Source of the DNA: Octopus sinensis
Taxonomy: Eukaryota
Assembly: GCF_006345805.1 (NCBI RefSeq)
Contig: NW_021833433.1
Coordinates: forward strand, 1 to 64,000
Direction: 5' to 3'
Length of the DNA: 64,000 nucleotides
Shown here: positions 60,938 through 64,000 of the stretch, piece after piece
Position numbering within the stretch: position 1 is the stretch's first letter
Layout: each line of letters starts with the position of its first letter
Made by a program: the position numbers and the translations under genes
Notes under the pieces: model-generated
The model's input: only the letters and a program-made list of their open reading frames with translations
Database searches by the model: none
Told to the model about the DNA's origin: nothing

Positions 60938-63260
60938 GGGCCAAGCAAGGTCCCTACAGACAGAGAAATAGACAGATACCAATAAACTGAGAGAGAGAGA
61001 GAGAGACAGATAGATAGAGATATATAGAGAGATATGAAGAAAGAGAGAGAGAGGGAGAGAGAGCTGAAGAAACAGAGAGGGAAAGATGAAGAAACAGAAA
61101 GAGAGAGAGAAATGGAGAAACAGAGAGAGAAAGAGATGAAGAAATAGAGAGACAGGCATTGAGAAAGGTAGAGAGATAGAAAGAAAAAAAATTTATGTAT
61201 GTATGTATGTATGTATGTATGGATGGATGGATGGACAGACAGACAAGTGGCTAAATAGATAGAGAGAGGGGGGAGGACAGTCAGATAGATAATTAGATAG
61301 AGAGACAGACAGATAGATGGATAGAAGGAGAGGGGGGAGCATCTGACAGATGTACAGGTAGATGGACAGCTAGAGATAGAGAGAGAGGGGGGTAGACAGA
61401 CAGACAGACAGACTGGCTGATTGATGGACAGACAAGCGAGAGAAACAGACAGACAAAGAAAGTGAGAAAAACATGAGTAACATCAGGGACTCTCCATCCC
61501 ACGCCACCCCCGCCACCCTGCTAACTCATCCCCACCCTCATCCCACCCCACCCACACCCCAAAAACAACACTAACAAGGACAAACAAGTAGATTACAAAA
61601 TGTACAAAAGAAATGCACACAAGAGGGTCTTGTGGGGTGTGGGGGAAAACTGTGAATAAGGGTGGAATTGGGAGGGCTTGCCAGGGGTGGGGGTGGAATG
61701 GAGGTGAAGTGGGGTGGAAAGTTGCTGGTGGCAGGGAAGGGACGGTGAGAAGGATGCTGGGCATCAGGCTGGGGTGAGGTGGTGATGGGGAAGAGAAAGT
61801 CCGAGGGTGTGTCGGGGGGGGGGGGGGTGCAGAGAAGAACACTGATGTAAAAGCAGCAACACAACAACAAACATTCACAAACAAATATTCGCCCCACCCC
61901 CACCTTGCCCTCTCCACCCTGTTCTCAACACTCATCAGGGCCTTCATTCCCAACACCCCGGCACTACCACCACCACCAAACTCCTCCATATGAGTCAAAC
62001 CTAACACCTACCCTTCTCAGACCGGTGGGGTGGGGGGTGGGGCAACTAGTCCCTTTCACCCGAACTCTTACCTAACAAATACCACCACCACTTCCACCAT
62101 CACCATTTCTTTCTCCAACATCAAGACCATCATCATCACCATCACCATAACCATCACCTCCAACATCACCAACACCACCATAACCATCACCCCCATCACC
62201 ATCACCACCACAACCCCCAAAAGCACCATCACCACCACCATTGCCACCACCACCTCCAGCATCACCATCACTAACATCATCACCATCACTCCTACCCATC
62301 ATCATCGTCATTTCCTCGTTAGCCAGCTGCACCCTACACCATCAATTAACTCCTTACATAATCTCAACCAGTTACCCCCTATCTACCCTCACAACCAGTC
62401 CCCACTCCCCCACTCCAACCAGCCCATTCTTCTACAATCTCCCTTTCTGCTGCCCCCCCCCCCGCCAGCCCACCAAGCCCCTTAAAACCTGATCCCAAAC
62501 CTTGATTAGTTGTAAGTGCATTGTTTGTCTTTTTACTGTATTACTTGCCAACACCCAAAATCATAAGGGGCTTCAAGGAGGGGATGGAAGAGTAGCAGTA
62601 GGAGGAGGACAAGGCAGAAGATATTCTGAGGGGCTCAGGGGTAGAGGTGGTGGGGTTACATGAGGACTGTAAGGTAGAGCTGAGTTGGGATGACTGGTTG
62701 TTGTTACTAAGGTCTTTGTTAAGTTGCCACAGGCCAGGCCTGTTCAGTAGGCACAGCATATCTAAGAAGACCTTATCTCTAGCTGTCAAGTATCCATCAC
62801 TGATGAGACCAAGGAAGATTGAAATGACATGATCTAGTGGTCTTTGTGCTGGAAACAGTGGAGACTTTTTATCTCTTCACTAGCAATATAAATGAGTGCA
62901 TTTTGTACCAAAAGCCAATATGAAAGGTTCTCTCGTGGTATCTACCGCAGTATACTTTGTTCTAACAGAACATCCACGTTTAAGTGGTGATAAATATTAC
63001 CTCTTAGTATTAATTAATGCCTCCAATGCTAATAGATATTTTTTAACAAGCTCACTGGCTAATTGTGCCACAAGTGCCTGTTCAGACACTGATGTTCTAT
63101 ATATTGTTAGCTGCTATCTCTATTTTATTATTTTTTTTGCAATTTACTTAATCATTGATATTTTATTGTTATTTTAATTTTAATATTTCTATTATATGTA
63201 ATTTTCTAGATGGTGTAATTTAATTGTTCCTTTTGAATTGATAAAAGGTGTTTTTTTTTC

Positions 63261-63302
<42 letters not shown>

Positions 63303-63306
63303 TAAT

Positions 63307-63505
63307 CCAAACAAGAAAGCACAAAAAAACACAGCAACGCGAGGACGTGGAACAAATATAGTATTATTGGCCGCTCAGGAAAGAAGGGAAGAAGGAGGGT
63401 TTAACGTTTCGAGTGGAGCTCTTCGTCGGAAACATAGTAGAAGGAAAGATCCAGAGAAGGGAAGACAGAGGAAAAAAAATCGCCAACGGTACACACGAGG
63501 TCACA
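63307..63505 (-). mobile_element. Hammerhead-bearing repeat family H2, second copy
   Basis: Minus strand of 63399-63433 reads GTTT CCGACGA A GAG-CTCCA-CTC GAAAC GTT^AAAC, with a perfect 4-bp helix I. Confidence 0.55.
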
Positions 63506-63621
63506 TATATATTATATTGTGTGAAATTTGATTTAGTATTTCTAAATTGAATTTTTTTCCCTGTAAGTTTGGATTTATATTCCCTCAAATAATTATTATA
63601 ATTACTATATTTATATATATG

Positions 63622-63921
63622 TACTAGCAGTATCGCCCGGCGTTGCTCGGGTTTGTAAGGGAAATAACTATAAAGCATTTTTAGAGAGTTATAGCCAAAA
63701 AATAGCAAAATAATGCATTAAAAATGGGAAAAAAATTATGGTAAATTTTTTTTTTAAATCGTAGACTCATCGTAGACGTGCGCTAATACCCAGAAGGGCT
63801 CGATATGAATCACGACTATAAGATACCCACTTTTGGTTACACTGCACCGCAAAATGTGAGAGTAGTTAGGAACCTAAATCGTAGGAGACAGACACACAAC
63901 TTCACTTTTATATATAAAGAT
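63622..63921 (+). mobile_element. Non-autonomous Helitron/Helentron-type (HINE/Lep1-like) element
   Basis: 5' end TACTAGCAGTATCGCCCGGCGTTGCTCGGG (ACTAG plus subterminal CCCG..CGGG hairpin); 3' end acagacacacaacttcacttttatatataaagat. A similar 5' end lies at ~11752. Confidence 0.55.
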
Positions 63922-64000
63922 ATATCTATATGTGTGTGTGTGTATTATATGGTCCACGGACGAGATCCAGAGATTCTCTTTATAGAAGACATTTAATAGG

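Noticed and set aside
61480-62030. G-run clusters (also 32690-32830) as functional G-quadruplexes
   Set aside because: Indistinguishable from the general low-complexity background; no independent support.
119-64000. Dozens of Y/I/C/V/H/T-rich ORFs
   Set aside because: Translations of (TA)n, (CA)n, (TATG)n, (ATAG)n microsatellites and SINE bodies.

Overview
AT-rich, very repeat-dense eukaryotic DNA, most likely from an octopus: it carries abundant tRNA-derived SINEs resembling the octopus families, RTE and CR1 LINE remnants, and long (TA)n/(CA)n/(GAT)n/(ACC)n tracts. Only one coding exon is securely recognisable, a 317-bp minus-strand exon (26124-26440) encoding the BTB domain of a KLHL1/4/5-type Kelch-like protein, so much of the window is probably intron of that gene. 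Nearly all other ORFs in the track are microsatellite or transposon artefacts. The most interesting structure is in the repeats. (i) Three repeat families carry minimal type I hammerhead-ribozyme folds, two with non-canonical cores and one pair in tandem at 251-nt spacing (Penelope/retrozyme-like). (ii) A piggyBac-type MITE forms tandem arrays with the same 16-bp spacer at two loci 40 kb apart. (iii) A tRNA-Ser(TGA) pseudogene is fused to a CR1 3' end. (iv) One SINE head occurs with three different tails. (v) Merlin-like MITEs are nested. (vi) Two dispersed short repeats also form local satellites. All calls were made by eye with no database search; SINE family labels A-D are my own.
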